Source: Azolla caroliniana
Taxonomy: Eukaryota > Plantae > Polypodiophyta
Direction of reading: 5' to 3'
DNA length: 64,000 bases
Assembly: GCA_043228905.1 (NCBI GenBank)
Contig: JBHGNT010000013.1
Location: forward strand, 5,270,001-5,334,000
Of this stretch, positions 61,363-64,000 are shown one piece after another. The notes below the pieces were generated by a model. That model was not told the DNA's origin, did not search any database, and was given only the letters and a program-made list of their open reading frames with translations. A program made the translations under genes and the position numbers. Position 1 is the stretch's first letter, and each line of letters opens with the position of its first letter.

Positions 61363-63114
61363 ATTCCCTCTAAGCCAGTTAGCGATGTGTTCGTAGCCCA
61401 AGTAACAGTTAGTAACATGTCTTAGCACTTCAAGATTCCAGAGCTAATTCTTGCTTCATGGATAGGAATTTTTCCCAAGCTCATCAGATATCTCTCAAAA
61501 AACTCCCATGTCCAGCCTCTGTAGTAGTCATTGATGGTCGTCCCATTGCTGCCGGAAATATCATAGAAGAGTCAGAGCCCATTAATATTGTCCTAGATAA
61601 TCTACCGTGTGTAATATCATTTAATATAATTAGTATCCCAGAACATCCCATTGTTTTAGGATTACCATGGTTCGAATTACATAACCCAAACATAGATTGG
61701 AGAACAAGGGAAATCTGATATCAACAAGCCGGAGGATCTACTCATAAGATTGCAACCATTTTGCTACATTAGTTGCGGGAAGGACACAAGGAAGAAATGT
61801 TTCTCTTCGCAATATCAGTAAAACCCTCCAACTCCACTAAAGAGGAGTCCATCGCTCAACTTTGAAAGAAGTATCATCATTATGCTGATGTGTTCGATAA
61901 AGTACAAGCCAATACGCTTCCTCACCATCAACCGTATGATTGTCCCATCGATTTACAACTGGCAAAAGAGCCACCATGGGGACCGATCTACAATTTGTCA
62001 CCAACCGAGCTAGAAGTCCTTCGAGCCTACATAGAGGAGAATTTGGAAAATGGTTTCATTTGGCATTCGAAATCTCCAGCCGGCGCACCCATTTTCTTCA
62101 TCAAGAAAAAGGATGGATCACTTTGTCTCGTTGTAGATTACCATGGCTTGAATAAGGTCACCATCAGAAATAGTATGCACTTCCCCTTATGTCAAGTCTT
62201 TTAGAACGGAACAATGGTGCAAGGTTCTTCACGAAAATCGACTTACGGGGATCATATAACCTCGTACGGATCCGACCGGGAAATGAATGGAAGACCGCAT
62301 TTCGCACCAGATATGGGCACTTCGAGTATACGGTCATGCCATTCAGCCTCACTAATGCACCAACAGTCTTCCAACACATGGCAAATGATATATTCCAAGA
62401 TCTCTTGGATGTTTGTTTGATCATCTATTTGGATGATCTACTGGTTTATTCGAAGACCCAAGAAGAGCATAATTCTCATGTATTGTTAGTACTAAAACGA
62501 CTTCGAGAACATGGTCTTTATGCAAAGCTGGAAAAATGTAGTTTCGGGTGTAACCAGGTGGAATTTCTGGGCTATGTCATCTCCTCGGAGGGCATCTCCA
62601 TGGATCCAGCTAAGGTCAAAACGGTGGTAAGTGGCAAACTCCACGTTCATTGCGAGATGTGCAATGCTTTTTAGGCTTTGCCAATTTCTACCGCAAGTTT
62701 ATATAGGATTACTCAAAGCTTGTTCTGCATCTCACACAACTTACTAAGAAGGGACAATCGTTTATTTGGTCTGAAGAAGCGGACATGGCTTTTGAGAATC
62801 TTAAGAAGGCATTTACATCGGGTCCTATTCTAGCTCACGTTGATTCGGAAAAACCATTCATCATGGAAGCGGACGCGTCGGATTTCACATTGGGTAGCAT
62901 TCTGTCACAACAAGGTAATGATGAAAAGCTACATCCTGTGGCTTTCCACTCACGCAAGTTTTACGCCACCGAAATCAACTATGAAATTCATGATAAGGAG
63001 TTATTAGCAATAGTGGACTCTTTTACACAATGGAGGCATTTTCTAGAGGGATCCTCTCATCAAGTCACCATATTCAGTGATCACAAAGACCTTGCCTACT
63101 TTCAGAGTGCTCGT

Positions 63115-64000
63115 TGTTGCAGAAATCCGAGCCTGTGGGTCGGTCGAACGGGACCACTAGGGTCTTTGACCAAGGAGGCTGGATCAGGTGACTTGTGCTT
63201 GTAAGGAATCGAGCATTGTTTAGGTTTACAATCGGTTCGTTCTTGTTGTGGAAGATGCATGTATGGGTTGACTCATAGAGAGAGAGAGAGAGAGAGAGAA
63301 TATTTACTGCACCACAAAGATGTCGTGAAGCACGTGACACATGTGCCAAACATTGCGATGTGTGTGTTACACGTGCGTAGACAAGCACCAGCCTCTATCC
63401 GCAAGTGGTGATGGAGGATTGAAAGGATCATTCAAGACAATGGAACGACGGAAGGACTAGTGCATGCGAGAAATATTAAAGATAGATTGATAGATAGATA
63501 CGAACAAGACGAATTCCCGGTTTGAACTTTTGACTTCAAAGTTGAGATACAAGATACATTGCCAATGAGATAACTAAGATTTATTAATTACTATTGATTG
63601 CATACATTACCTGATTTCCTTTCCCTTCCTCTCCTTCTTATATAGATGGCCCCATGTGAGGGTGTAGTACATGCATACAATGCATCAAATGCATGCAATG
63701 CATGATGACCATGTACCTCATCCAAGCTCTCATGTACCAGTTGTTCGTGTGAAAAGTACAATGAAGAAAATAAGTTTCAAAGGAATAACCTAGTCTAATG
63801 GTATGTCAATTGCCTCCTATCTTAGAGGTGTAAGGTTCAAACCCTTACTTGCACCTCATTGTATGCGTTAAGCTTATTTTATATATTTGTGTAATGAACA
63901 CCTAAACACACATTACACGTGCACATTCATGTGTTAACATACACGTCTAACCATCACTCCTTTCATACGTATGCATATTGCATCTTCTCGATTTCCCTCG
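63115..64000. mobile_element. Unclassified insertion (probably an LTR) interrupting gypsy RNase H
   Basis: RNase H stops at YFQSAR and new sequence begins TGTTGC. It contains a (GA)n run and continues past the window edge. Confidence 0.6.

Larger units (their letters stand above)
58969..63114 (+). mobile_element. Ty3/gypsy chromovirus, 5' half (5' LTR 58969-59397, gag from 59551, protease, RT, RNase H)
   Basis: Gag KFDGTRSQFRGFL, PTPMEID and CLYCGGLGHIVVNC; protease VLGLPWF; [19 protein letters not shown] and YLDDLLVYS; RNase H EADASDF and NYEIHDKELLAI. Confidence 0.95.

Overview
Repeat-dense eukaryotic plant nuclear DNA, probably from a non-seed plant (an inference from the element types). 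It is made almost entirely of nested, mostly decayed retrotransposons. I use my own labels: Ty1/copia families A, B1, B2 and D, a chromodomain-bearing Ty3/gypsy, an L1-type LINE fragment, and family C. Family C is two copies of a pol-less LTR element with a tRNA-Trp primer site and 4-bp target-site duplications (TSDs). Matching TSDs show that one nested complex has been split: its 5' halves lie on + (35.4-63.1 kb) and its 3' halves on - (24.6-33.4 kb), consistent with an inversion of at least 28 kb. An older segmental duplicate at 6.3-21.7 kb preserves the empty insertion sites. Non-TE content is an apparently intact tRNA-Arg(CCT) inside an array of decayed tRNA copies, a spliced RING-H2 plus FCP1-like phosphatase gene relic, and several tandem repeats. 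Two unrelated LTR-type sequences carry tRNA-like Pol III A/B-box cassettes. I see no intact host protein-coding gene. All calls come from reading the sequence by eye; coordinates marked ~ are approximate.
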